Source of the DNA: a virus
Virus record (IMG/VR): IMGVR_UViG_3300021093_005143
Direction: 5' to 3' (one strand)
Length of the DNA stretch: 64,000 bases
The position numbers and the translations under genes were made by a program. Of this stretch, positions 47,937-57,290 are shown one piece after another (positions within the stretch are counted from its first letter, which is position 1; every line of letters begins with the position of its first letter). Below the pieces are notes generated by a model. It searched no databases, was not told where the DNA came from, and was given only the letters and a program-made list of their open reading frames with translations.

Positions 47937-49944
47937 ATTTTCCTTTCTTTAGTTTTATTTCTTCACAGTCCACGATAACTTTGTATTGTGTCCCTTCCTT
48001 TACATTACCTTTGAGTACCTCCTCGGAAACCAAATCCTCTACTTTGTCTTGGATTGCTCTTTTTAGAGGTCTCGCCCCATAGAGTTCATCATACCCAACT
48101 TTGGAGATGTAATCCACTAAAGATTGATCGTATGATATTTTGTAGTTCATTTCATGGAGCCGAACAATTAATTTTTTGATTTCAATCTCAGTTATTTTTC
48201 TAATATCATCTTCTTTCAATGCGTTGAATGTGATAATATCATCAACACGGTTCAAAAACTCAGGAGAGAAAAAATTTTTCATTTCTTTTATAAGAATTTC
48301 CTTTTTCTGCTCATCAGAACCGTATTTTGAAGAATTGAATCCAATACCAGTTCCAAAATCTTGTAGTTTTTTCACACCTAAATTTGAGGTCATGATGATT
48401 AAGGTATTTCTAAAATTTATCTTTCTTCCTAAACTATCAGTGACATGACCATCGTCTAGTATTTGTAAAAGAACTGAGAAGATGTCCTTGTGAGCTTTTT
48501 CAATCTCATCGAAAAGAATTACGGAGTAGGGTTTGTTCTTGACTTGTTCAGTGAGTTGACCACCTTCATCGTAACCTACGTAACCAGGGGGGGCACCAAC
48601 TAATTTTGAGATTGTATGTTTTTCTTGATATTCGCTCATGTCAACACGGATTAGAGAGTCCTCCGTACCGAAGATTTCTTTTGCGAGTTGTTTAGCCAAA
48701 TGTGTTTTACCTACACCTGTAGACCCCAAGAAAATGAAAGAACCGATAGGCCGATTTGGATCTTTGATACCAAGTCTGTTTCTGCGAATTGATTTTACAA
48801 TTTTTAGAACTGCGGCGTCTTGGCCGATGACTCTGTCTTTTAGAACAGAATCTAAATTGACAAGAGCTTTAGTATCGTCAATTGACATTTTTGAGACAGG
48901 GATTTTAGTCATTGAGGAAACAACTTCATAAACCAACTCCAAAGAAATTTCTTTTTTCGATTGAGACAATTCTTCTTCAAACTTTCTCTTAGCGTCTTCA
49001 AGTTTGACAATAATCTTTCTTTCTTTGTCACGTAGTTCTGCAGCTTGTTCGTAATTCTGTTTTTTAACAACGTCCATTTTGAGTTGTTTGATCTCAGAAG
49101 CCTTTTGTTTCAACTCCTCAATAGCCACTGGAATTTTCATTTCAAGTTGAGTTCGAGCACCTACTTCATCAAGAATGTCGAAAGCTTTGTCGGGAAACTC
49201 ACGATCAGTAATATAACGGTCAGCTAATTTAACACAAGCTTCTAACACTCCATCGGGATATATTACTTTGTGAAAAGACTCGTATTTGTCTTTCGAGTTT
49301 TTTAAAATAAGTAATGTTTCTTCTTTTGTAGCACCCTCCACCGTAATTTTTTGAAATCTTCTTTCAAGTGCTCCGTCTTTTTCAAAATTGGTTCTGTACT
49401 CATCCAAAGTTGTCGCACCAATACACTGAATCTCACCACGAGAAAGAGCAGGTTTGAAGATGTTAGATGCATCCAATGAACCCGATGCGTTACCAGCACC
49501 TACAATAGTGTGGATTTCGTCTATAAAAACAACCACATTTGGATTAGCTTGAAGCTCTTCAATGATTACCTTCAATCTTTCTTCGAATTGCCCACGATAC
49601 TTTGTGCCAGCAACAATTGAGTTGATATCGAGGTTCACAATTCTTTTGTCAATCAAATTCTTCGGACATTCACCATTATAAATTTTCATAGCGAGACCTT
49701 CTACAATTGCAGTTTTACCACAACCAGGCTCACCAACAATTATTGGGTTATTTTTTTTTCTACGGGATAGAATTTGAGCAATTCTCATAATTTCTTTATC
49801 CCTTCCGATAACAGGATCCAGTTTTCCCTGTTCTGCCAATTTGATTAGGTCTCTACTAAAATTATCTAATACAGGTGTTAGACTATCAGAGGTCTGTTTT
49901 TTCTTACTCATCATTTTTTCTTCGTCATCAATAAGATCATTCAT
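47935..49944 (-). CDS. clpC: ClpC-like AAA+ unfoldase lacking the N-terminal Clp domain
   Basis: GEPGCGKT and GSTGVGKT Walker A motifs, KYRG and GYVG pore loops, UVR-type M domain, GIGF loop. Confidence 0.9.
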   Translation of the reverse strand: MNDLIDDEEKMMSKKKQTSDSLTPVLDNFSRDLIKLAEQGKLDPVIGRDKEIMRIAQILSRRKKNNPIIVGEPGCGKTAIVEGLAMKIYNGECPKNLIDKRIVNLDINSIVAGTKYRGQFEERLKVIIEELQANPNVVVFIDEIHTIVGAGNASGSLDASNIFKPALSRGEIQCIGATTLDEYRTNFEKDGALERRFQKITVEGATKEETLLILKNSKDKYESFHKVIYPDGVLEACVKLADRYITDREFPDKAFDILDEVGARTQLEMKIPVAIEELKQKASEIKQLKMDVVKKQNYEQAAELRDKERKIIVKLEDAKRKFEEELSQSKKEISLELVYEVVSSMTKIPVSKMSIDDTKALVNLDSVLKDRVIGQDAAVLKIVKSIRRNRLGIKDPNRPIGSFIFLGSTGVGKTHLAKQLAKEIFGTEDSLIRVDMSEYQEKHTISKLVGAPPGYVGYDEGGQLTEQVKNKPYSVILFDEIEKAHKDIFSVLLQILDDGHVTDSLGRKINFRNTLIIMTSNLGVKKLQDFGTGIGFNSSKYGSDEQKKEILIKEMKNFFSPEFLNRVDDIITFNALKEDDIRKITEIEIKKLIVRLHEMNYKISYDQSLVDYISKVGYDELYGARPLKRAIQDKVEDLVSEEVLKGNVKEGTQYKVIVDCEEIKLKKGK

Positions 49945-49997
49945 ATTTGATATTTTTTTTCAAAGATGTATCAAAATCTGGACATAAACAATTATTT

Positions 49998-50098
49998 TGA
50001 CAAATTGTCTTTAATTATTTTTTTTTCTGTCAATTTGTCTTATTGATTAATTTTAAACAATCAAATTGTCATCACAAATAAGACGGCATCAATATTGA
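49998..50098 (+). promoter_or_regulatory. sigma54-like promoter with upstream repeats
   Basis: GG-N10-GA (50085-50098) plus three CAAWTTGTC repeats at about 30-bp spacing. Confidence 0.4.
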
Positions 50099-50138
50099 TA
50101 ATTTATTAAATAAATAATAAATTTAAAAAAAAACTACT

Positions 50139-50534
50139 ATGATTTACGGACCAAACGATTTGAATGAAATCTTCGAAAGATTATTCAACCAAAATCCTAA
50201 CACGTACTCAAAAACCTCTGTAATCTCTAAAACAGATAGCGAAAACAATTACGAGGTTAATCAAACTAAAGATGGAGCTTACCTATTATTCGAAGCGCCA
50301 GGATTTAACAAAGAAAACTTAAAAGTTGAAATCGAGGACGGTGTTATGGCAATTCAAGGGAAAAGAAAATATAAGATGAACGGGGAAGAAATTTACAAAT
50401 CCATAAACAAACAATTCAAACTCGGTACAGACCATAATCTAGAATTAATCGAAGCAACAATCGAAGACGGTTTATTGACTGTATTTATTCCAGGATTTAA
50501 AAAACAAGAGAAAAAGAAAATTTCGATTTTATAA
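50139..50534 (+). CDS. small heat-shock protein Hsp20
   Basis: APGFNKENLKVEIEDGVMAIQG...ATIEDGLLTVFIP. Confidence 0.88.
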   Translation: MIYGPNDLNEIFERLFNQNPNTYSKTSVISKTDSENNYEVNQTKDGAYLLFEAPGFNKENLKVEIEDGVMAIQGKRKYKMNGEEIYKSINKQFKLGTDHNLELIEATIEDGLLTVFIPGFKKQEKKKISIL

Positions 50535-50594
50535 TAAATGCTCATTCAAGATCGAATCCCCTACCTAAAAAGTGGGGGATTTGTATTTACATTG

Positions 50595-50909
50595 ATGGAT
50601 AATTGGAAAAAATTTGTTGAAGATACTTTATCGGCTCAAGAGATATTACAAAAATATCTTGAGTTAAGAATTATGTTCCAAGAGTTGGGATACACTGAGG
50701 AACAATTAAAAAATATAAGTTCTGGTCCCGAAAGAATTTTTGAAATCGGAAATGAAATAGGGATGCTTATCAGTGAATTAAAAAAACAACTTCGAGCCTT
50801 TGGTTTCGAAGTACGGGATGAGGATTTTCGGCTTTATTTACAGTCAATAATGAATAAAATTAATCTTATAACCCCTTTAGAAAATGGCAGTAAAAAAAGA
50901 GACGATTGA
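50595..50909 (+). CDS. hypothetical protein
   Basis: Start at MDNWKK after the terminator at about 50556-50582. Confidence 0.65.
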   Translation: MDNWKKFVEDTLSAQEILQKYLELRIMFQELGYTEEQLKNISSGPERIFEIGNEIGMLISELKKQLRAFGFEVRDEDFRLYLQSIMNKINLITPLENGSKKRDD

Positions 50910-51126
50910 CGGATTTAAAATTATTAACGAGATTGTGTCATCAAATATTAGTAAAACAACATACGACACAGAACTAAAATCACTAGTTTGTGAATTCAAT
51001 AACGGATTGATTTACGAATATAGCGATGTACCTCACTCAACTTACACCAAATTCAGAATGGCTGAATCTCAGGGTAAGTTTTTTATGAGTGAAATAGCTA
51101 AAAAGTTTTCTTACAAAAAACTCTAG
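50884..51126 (+). CDS. KTSC domain protein
   Basis: SSNI...YD....L..EFNNG.IYEY.DVP...AESQGKFF. Confidence 0.9.
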   Translation: MAVKKETIDGFKIINEIVSSNISKTTYDTELKSLVCEFNNGLIYEYSDVPHSTYTKFRMAESQGKFFMSEIAKKFSYKKL

Positions 51127-51147
51127 CTCACTGAGTATTTATATCAG

Positions 51148-53154
51148 ATGAGTAATTTCCAAAAAATACTTGACAGTTTTACACTGAGGGACACCCTTAA
51201 CCCAAAAATTTGGGAGAATTCTGATGATCCAAAAAAATCTAAAATGAAACCCAAAGTCAGAAAGGGTTTGATGAAGATCGCTAACCAATTCATTGATTAT
51301 TTGGGTGAAGATGCTTTTGTTGAAGATATTACTCTAACAGGATCTTTATCAAACTTCAACTGGTCAGAATATTCAGACTTTGATCTTCATGTTATTGTAG
51401 ATTTGAAAAAATTTGGTAAACATGAGGAAACTTACAAAGAGTTATTTAATTTAAAAAAACAACTTTTTAACGAAAAACACGACATCAAAATCTTCGGATA
51501 TGATGTAGAGTTATATGCTCAGGGTGACGATGAGAAACATGATAGTTCAGGAGTTTATTCAGTTATGGATGATGAGTGGATTAATAGACCTGAAAAGATG
51601 AAAAATAAAATTGATAAGTCTGTCATAGAAGATAAAGTGAAGAACTGGAATGAAAAAATCGAAAATGCTTTAGAGTCACTTGATAAAGATGATTTGGAAA
51701 AAGGGAAAAAGATGATTGGGGATTTAAAAGACAAACTCAAAGAATATAGAAAATCAGGACTGGAAAAAGAGGGTGAACTTTCTTATGAAAATCTTACTTT
51801 CAAATTTCTAAGAAGAAACGGAATGATTGAAAAATTATTTAATACATACAACAATTACGTAGATCAAGAATTATCAATAGAACAATCTTTGAAAGAAAGT
51901 ATAATTAAATTTTTACAAGAAGCACCTTCAAGTGGACATTTACTTGGAGGTGAGAATATGAGTATACCAAAGGATGGGGCACATGCCGGTCAAAGTGGAT
52001 GGGCTTCAGCAAACGCATGGGATGTTAAAGCATCTGTCGGAGATCCTGTTTTTGCTCTGGCGGGGGGTACGTTAAAAACATTTACCGATTATGGTGATGA
52101 TGTAATTAAAACAAAGGGAAAAAAATTATATGGTCAAAGCTTCACAATTGATAGCGATAATGGTCTTCCTGACATATACTACACTCATTTAAAAGGAGTA
52201 CAAATTAGAAAGGGTAGTAAAGTAGAATGTGGTCAATTGTTAGGATACGTGATGGATTTCCCAAATAGTTCATATGATCATGTTCACATTGGAATAGAAT
52301 GGGGGCACAATATAAGAGAATTTTTGAATGATGATGGAAGTTTAAAATGTGCTCAAGGACAGAAGTTGGGTAAGTATGGTAAAAAATTCAGTGAGGATGA
52401 AGAAATATCTAACATTGTTGGAAAATCAAACTTTATACAGGAATTGATTAGGCTTGCTGAAACAAATAAGTCTTTTCAGTACTATCCGAAAAATATAAAA
52501 TACGAGAAAGAAGTTGAAGCAATTCAAACCGCATTACAATTTTTAGGATTTTCCTTACCAAAATGGGGAGTTGATGGAAAGTTCGGTCCTGAAACAGAAA
52601 ATGCAACCAAAGAATTTCAAAAATCAGTTTCCATTTCATCAGATGGAAAAATCGATGGATTTGATTTAAGATATCTCGCAGCCATGTTGGTGATAAGAAA
52701 TTTTTCAGAAAATGATCTCTCAAAAATCCAAACAAAAAAAGAAATAGATACAGGAAATATTACAGATAAAAATTTCTATGAGAGATTGTTACAAGAATTA
52801 GATGCACCTGTTACAAGTGAAAATCTAAAATTTTTATACGCGTGGAGACAAGCGGAAGGTAAAGGAGGAAGAAATAACCCATTCAATACAACTTGGAAAT
52901 TACCAGGTTCTACAAACATGAACAAAGTAGGGGTACAAAATTATCTTTCGAAAGAGGACGGTATGGTTGCAACGCTAAAAACTTTAAGAAATGGAAGATA
53001 CTCTTGTATTGTTCAAGGGTTAAAAAATGATAGTGGTGCTTCAGAGATATCCAAATGTCCGTCTTTAGAAACTTGGGGGACGGGGGACTTAGTTGCTAAA
53101 GTGGTAAACTCCTATGAGAGAGGGGCTTCTCCGAAAATTAAGGATCTAGCATAA
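51148..53154 (+). CDS. fusion of nucleotidyltransferase, M23 peptidase, PG-binding and lysozyme-like domains
   Basis: TGSLSNFNWSEYSDFDLH; YYTHL...HVHIG; VDGKFGPET; AWRQAEG...NNPFNT. Confidence 0.75.
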   Translation: MSNFQKILDSFTLRDTLNPKIWENSDDPKKSKMKPKVRKGLMKIANQFIDYLGEDAFVEDITLTGSLSNFNWSEYSDFDLHVIVDLKKFGKHEETYKELFNLKKQLFNEKHDIKIFGYDVELYAQGDDEKHDSSGVYSVMDDEWINRPEKMKNKIDKSVIEDKVKNWNEKIENALESLDKDDLEKGKKMIGDLKDKLKEYRKSGLEKEGELSYENLTFKFLRRNGMIEKLFNTYNNYVDQELSIEQSLKESIIKFLQEAPSSGHLLGGENMSIPKDGAHAGQSGWASANAWDVKASVGDPVFALAGGTLKTFTDYGDDVIKTKGKKLYGQSFTIDSDNGLPDIYYTHLKGVQIRKGSKVECGQLLGYVMDFPNSSYDHVHIGIEWGHNIREFLNDDGSLKCAQGQKLGKYGKKFSEDEEISNIVGKSNFIQELIRLAETNKSFQYYPKNIKYEKEVEAIQTALQFLGFSLPKWGVDGKFGPETENATKEFQKSVSISSDGKIDGFDLRYLAAMLVIRNFSENDLSKIQTKKEIDTGNITDKNFYERLLQELDAPVTSENLKFLYAWRQAEGKGGRNNPFNTTWKLPGSTNMNKVGVQNYLSKEDGMVATLKTLRNGRYSCIVQGLKNDSGASEISKCPSLETWGTGDLVAKVVNSYERGASPKIKDLA

Positions 53155-53196
53155 TTTAAATTATTTACGCCCGACGTATATTTATAAAGAAAAAAA

Positions 53197-53382
53197 ATGC
53201 CAACTATTTCAGCAAATACTTTTTATGAATACACAATTGGAATGTTAGGTTCCTTTAGTGGAGGGACAGCACCTGCGGGTTCAGTTGTACCACATCCTGT
53301 CGCAACAACGGCAGAGGGAGACAATTCAATTGTAGATTTAAGTGCTGTGACATTAGGTGGATTTGACGGACTAAATAATTAA
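53197..53382 (+). CDS. small putative structural protein
   Basis: 61 aa; PHPV...LGG..GLN; TATTTAT upstream. Confidence 0.65.
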   Translation: MPTISANTFYEYTIGMLGSFSGGTAPAGSVVPHPVATTAEGDNSIVDLSAVTLGGFDGLNN

Positions 53383-53406
53383 AAAAAACAGTTAAAAATA
53401 AAAATC

Positions 53407-54792
53407 ATGGCGGACATCAAACCATTAGGTAGTGAAAGATTAGACGGTTTGGACAAGATCAAAAGGATCATGGAGATTGCTAAGTACAAAGATACTGCAA
53501 CCGAATCTATCAATGAAAATTCTTCCACTCATTACAACATAACATTTGCTGACGGAAATCAGTACGGTATTGTAAAAGAAAAACAAGGTTACATTATCAA
53601 GAAAATGGTTTCCGAGGGCCAAGGTGACTACATCGAACCGATGCAGAACAGAAAATATTTTTCGAGTTACTCACAAGCATTAAAGAAATTGAACTTGATG
53701 ATCAAAGAAAATAATTCAGTTATTGGTAATGATGAACAAGTTTCTTTATTTGGAGAACAAAAAAAATTCGTTCTGAAAAGTCCTCAACCAGCTCCAGAAG
53801 CTCCAGAAGCTCCGGTAGCACCTGAAGAACCTATGGCTCCAACTCTACCTGAACCAGAACTCCCAGCGGCTGAGGAAACTCCTGCACCTGAGGAAACTCC
53901 TGCACCTGAGGAAACTCCTGTTGAAGACGTACCAACAGGTGAAAATATGGAAGTGGAGGCAGGTTCCGAAACAATGGACTCTGAGCCTGTTTCATTTAAA
54001 GTAATTCAAAAACTAACAGGAAAACTTACTCAAAAAATAAGACAATTCTCATCAGAAAATGAAATGTCTTCCGAAAATATCAAATATGTAATCAACATGG
54101 TTCTTTCTTCTGTGGATCTAGCTAGTTTATCTACCGAGGATAAAGATGAAATTGTTAATAAGTTTGAATCTGATGAGGCTGACGCTGTTATTGACGGTGG
54201 AGATGATAAAGACGGTACAGATATCACTGATGATACTGAGGTTGAAGACATTCAAAACTATATGGATATTGAGAACGACGCTGATATGGTTGACGCAGGA
54301 GCACAACCCGAGGGATTCGGTAAGATTGAGGCGGGAGAACAAATTCAAGCTGCAATTGGACCGGCAATTGAAAGATTAGCTATGTCGTTTGTGGCGGATA
54401 AAGCGGCAGACAAAATTTCTGATATGTTCACAAGTGAGGAAGAAATTGAGGAGGAGGAAGGAGGAAAGATGGAAATGAGTTTAATGGATCATTTATTTTC
54501 AGAATCTAAGGTTGACAAAGTTCTTTCAAAATATTTTGAAGTCAAAGATTCTGAAAAAAGAATGGTACAGGAAAAATTAGCAACAAAAAAAATTCAAAAA
54601 AAACACGTTGTTGAAAAGAATATGAGTTCAGTAAGAAAACTAGCTGAGTCAATTGAACAAGAGCTTGCTTCTGAAAAATTTTTAGAAGAAAACTTTGGAT
54701 TCTCTTTAGTTGGTAAAACTAATAAGAAAAATTTAGTTTTTGAAAAGAACAATAAACAAACTAAAATTTCACCTGAAGGCTTGGTTTTATGA
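53407..54792 (+). CDS. acidic putative head/internal protein
   Basis: 461 aa, Pro/Glu-rich, in head module. Confidence 0.7.
   Translation: MADIKPLGSERLDGLDKIKRIMEIAKYKDTATESINENSSTHYNITFADGNQYGIVKEKQGYIIKKMVSEGQGDYIEPMQNRKYFSSYSQALKKLNLMIKENNSVIGNDEQVSLFGEQKKFVLKSPQPAPEAPEAPVAPEEPMAPTLPEPELPAAEETPAPEETPAPEETPVEDVPTGENMEVEAGSETMDSEPVSFKVIQKLTGKLTQKIRQFSSENEMSSENIKYVINMVLSSVDLASLSTEDKDEIVNKFESDEADAVIDGGDDKDGTDITDDTEVEDIQNYMDIENDADMVDAGAQPEGFGKIEAGEQIQAAIGPAIERLAMSFVADKAADKISDMFTSEEEIEEEEGGKMEMSLMDHLFSESKVDKVLSKYFEVKDSEKRMVQEKLATKKIQKKHVVEKNMSSVRKLAESIEQELASEKFLEENFGFSLVGKTNKKNLVFEKNNKQTKISPEGLVL
53870..53920 (+). repeat. 18-bp tandem repeat, about 3 copies (EETPAP)
   Basis: CTGAGGAAACTCCTGCAC units. 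Confidence 0.9.
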
Positions 54793-55178
54793 GCTATCTA
54801 ATCTACGTTAATGGACTTGGTCCTAACTTTAGAGGTGATAATTTGTATGAGTTCATATTCTCGGACGAGAAAGATGTTTGGGGTGAAAATTGGGATAGTA
54901 AACCATCAAATGGTTACCCTCAACCACCCGATTTGAAATATGTGAAAAAAATTGGAGTTCTGAAAAATACCGATATAAAGTTGGATTTAATTCAGAACTC
55001 TGATTATTTCAGTATGATAGATGCGGTAGACGGAGTTATTGCATTAGCCTGGGAAAACGATGAAATTGAAAATAGGATGGTATTCAGATTTGGACAAAGT
55101 GAGGATGAGATTACTGACATTTTATATTCAAAAGATTTGATTCTCAAGATTGAAAAAAAGGAATCTTATGAAAATTAA
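54789..55178 (+). CDS. conserved phage hypothetical protein
   Basis: YEFIFS; DAVDGVIALAWE; VFRFG. Confidence 0.75.
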   Translation: MSYLIYVNGLGPNFRGDNLYEFIFSDEKDVWGENWDSKPSNGYPQPPDLKYVKKIGVLKNTDIKLDLIQNSDYFSMIDAVDGVIALAWENDEIENRMVFRFGQSEDEITDILYSKDLILKIEKKESYEN

Positions 55179-55974
55179 TAAAAAAGCCTTGGATCTTGTT
55201 GAAGTAGGATTGAAACCTGACACAGTGGCAAAAATGTCAGAATCTCAAATAAACATTCTTCATTCGAAAATGATATCCGAACAAGTCACATCCGAACAAG
55301 TCACAGAGGTTCCTGGTAAAACAACTTACAAAGTTGGACCACAAGGTGGAAAGATTGGAAATATGACTCTCTCGTTAGACCCTAACAAAAAAGAAGTAAT
55401 GGTCACCACTGAAATAGAAATGACAGAACAACCTGACACTGATATATCCACAATGGATAAAACGGCAGGTGGAACAACACAAGATCCTGTACAAGTACAA
55501 GGACCGGATGGTATGGGTGATTTAGGTGATAAGCAAATTGATAAGGAAAAAGAAATCTCTGAGAAAAAAGAAAATAAGTCTAATCCATATGCAATATGTC
55601 ATGCACAACTTGGACCAAAAAAGACAAAAAAATTTGAAAGATGTGTTAAACAGGTAAAAAAATCCATACAAGAGGGGAATAATCCTTTATCTTTATTCAT
55701 TGAAGCAAAGATCATGGAATTAGTATCAAAACACATACCTCCAAGAATGACAAAGGGTGAATTGATGAAACACTTGGTTGAAGATGGACCTGCGGTGGCG
55801 CCTTCAAAACCTGAGACAAGACCTACAACAAAACCAAAACCTGGTACAAAACCAAAAAAGCCGAGTCACCCACTCAAAAACCCTAATCCTGGAGAAAAAC
55901 CCGCTCCCAAGGCCGAGTACGAAAAAGCTAAATCAGAAGTATTAAACTTAATAAAGAACATACTAGATAAATAA
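55168..55974 (+). CDS. putative head-associated protein
   Basis: Likely start at MKINKK; NPYAIC...KFERCV; Pro/Lys-rich tail. Confidence 0.7.
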   Translation: MKINKKALDLVEVGLKPDTVAKMSESQINILHSKMISEQVTSEQVTEVPGKTTYKVGPQGGKIGNMTLSLDPNKKEVMVTTEIEMTEQPDTDISTMDKTAGGTTQDPVQVQGPDGMGDLGDKQIDKEKEISEKKENKSNPYAICHAQLGPKKTKKFERCVKQVKKSIQEGNNPLSLFIEAKIMELVSKHIPPRMTKGELMKHLVEDGPAVAPSKPETRPTTKPKPGTKPKKPSHPLKNPNPGEKPAPKAEYEKAKSEVLNLIKNILDK

Positions 55975-55976
55975 TC

Positions 55977-57284
55977 ATGGCAAAGAAACTGATAGAACAG
56001 TTAAATTACGGTGATAGACCTGAAAGAATGGACCCTGCATTGGAAAGAAAGTTAGCGGACCCACAAGGGTTATTCGCTCAAAATCCTGCTATGAGAAAAG
56101 GGACCAAAGACGTTCAAAGACTTGTAAGTTCAAGATTCATCAAAGTGGCAGATAAATTAAAATCTGTACCAGGTCTTAGGAATCTTAGTCCAAGAGTAGT
56201 TCAGGCTTTCTACATGCAAATGATGAACAGTGTTCCAAGAATCATGCAAATTGAAGCGGCTAACCGTGATGCCCTGATTGAGTTAGCCAAGAAAGCTTCT
56301 ATGGAGGAAACGGAAATTCCTGAAGATTGGGTTAAGATAGATGCTCAATTAGGTACGCCCATAGACACATCAAACTTTAGATACGAACCTGAAGATGAAG
56401 AAGATGAAGAAGATGAAGAAGAAGAAAAAGAAAAACCAAAGTTTCAATCTTTTGATATTGAAGATCTAACGGATACCGAACAATTAGAGTTGGAAAAACA
56501 CAAGAGAAACATCATCAATGCTATAATTCAAGGATCTGCAAAAAAGGGACATTATATTTTCCAAAAACCCTCAGTTAAAAGAGCCCTAGATCGCATCAAC
56601 CCACAATTGTTTTCACTCTACTTGGCAATCATGGCGGTAAACGATTTCATGTATTTTACCTCAGAGAGTATGATTGAAATGATGAGCCAAACAGGAACTG
56701 GTGTTGCTGGAAAAGTTGAATTAGATCCCGATGATGAGGATGGCGGTGAGGAAGGTGAAGAAGATGATGGAGAATCTCAAATTGATACCGTAATTAAAGC
56801 ACAAGGATTGATATTCCCAATTTTATGCCATGAAATCATAAAAGGTATCGAAGAATCCAAAGGAAGACATGGTTTACCAAAGGAACCTGAAATGCGTACA
56901 AAGGTACAACAACAAGTTGATACCTTAGCAAATGAACCAATGCAACTTCGAATTGGGCCAGAAATTGTAGAAAAAATTCGTTTTTCACTTCCCGATGAAA
57001 TGTTTGATGAATCTAATAAAGGATTAATAAATTGGTTCCACATCTTGTTATACCAAATCGAAGCAAGAGAATTTTTGGAAATAATCGGTGACGCAATATC
57101 ACAGGACAAATCCAAAAACCAAAAAGCTACCGCTAAGTTCGAAAAAATCATGAAAGAGGCTCAGGACATGAAATCAGAGTTTGAAAATTACAAAGAAGAC
57201 AATGATATTGAATCTGAGGACGGGGATGATGAAGACGGATTAGACGATTTCTTAGGAAGTTTGGGTATATCGAGACCCAAATAA
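55977..57284 (+). CDS. conserved protein upstream of terminase
   Basis: 435 aa, acidic tracts, FPILCHEIIKG. Confidence 0.75.
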   Translation: MAKKLIEQLNYGDRPERMDPALERKLADPQGLFAQNPAMRKGTKDVQRLVSSRFIKVADKLKSVPGLRNLSPRVVQAFYMQMMNSVPRIMQIEAANRDALIELAKKASMEETEIPEDWVKIDAQLGTPIDTSNFRYEPEDEEDEEDEEEEKEKPKFQSFDIEDLTDTEQLELEKHKRNIINAIIQGSAKKGHYIFQKPSVKRALDRINPQLFSLYLAIMAVNDFMYFTSESMIEMMSQTGTGVAGKVELDPDDEDGGEEGEEDDGESQIDTVIKAQGLIFPILCHEIIKGIEESKGRHGLPKEPEMRTKVQQQVDTLANEPMQLRIGPEIVEKIRFSLPDEMFDESNKGLINWFHILLYQIEAREFLEIIGDAISQDKSKNQKATAKFEKIMKEAQDMKSEFENYKEDNDIESEDGDDEDGLDDFLGSLGISRPK

Positions 57285-57290
57285 TTTTCA

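Noticed and set aside
56391-56430. GAAGATGAA repeats
   Set aside because: Low-complexity acidic coding tract.
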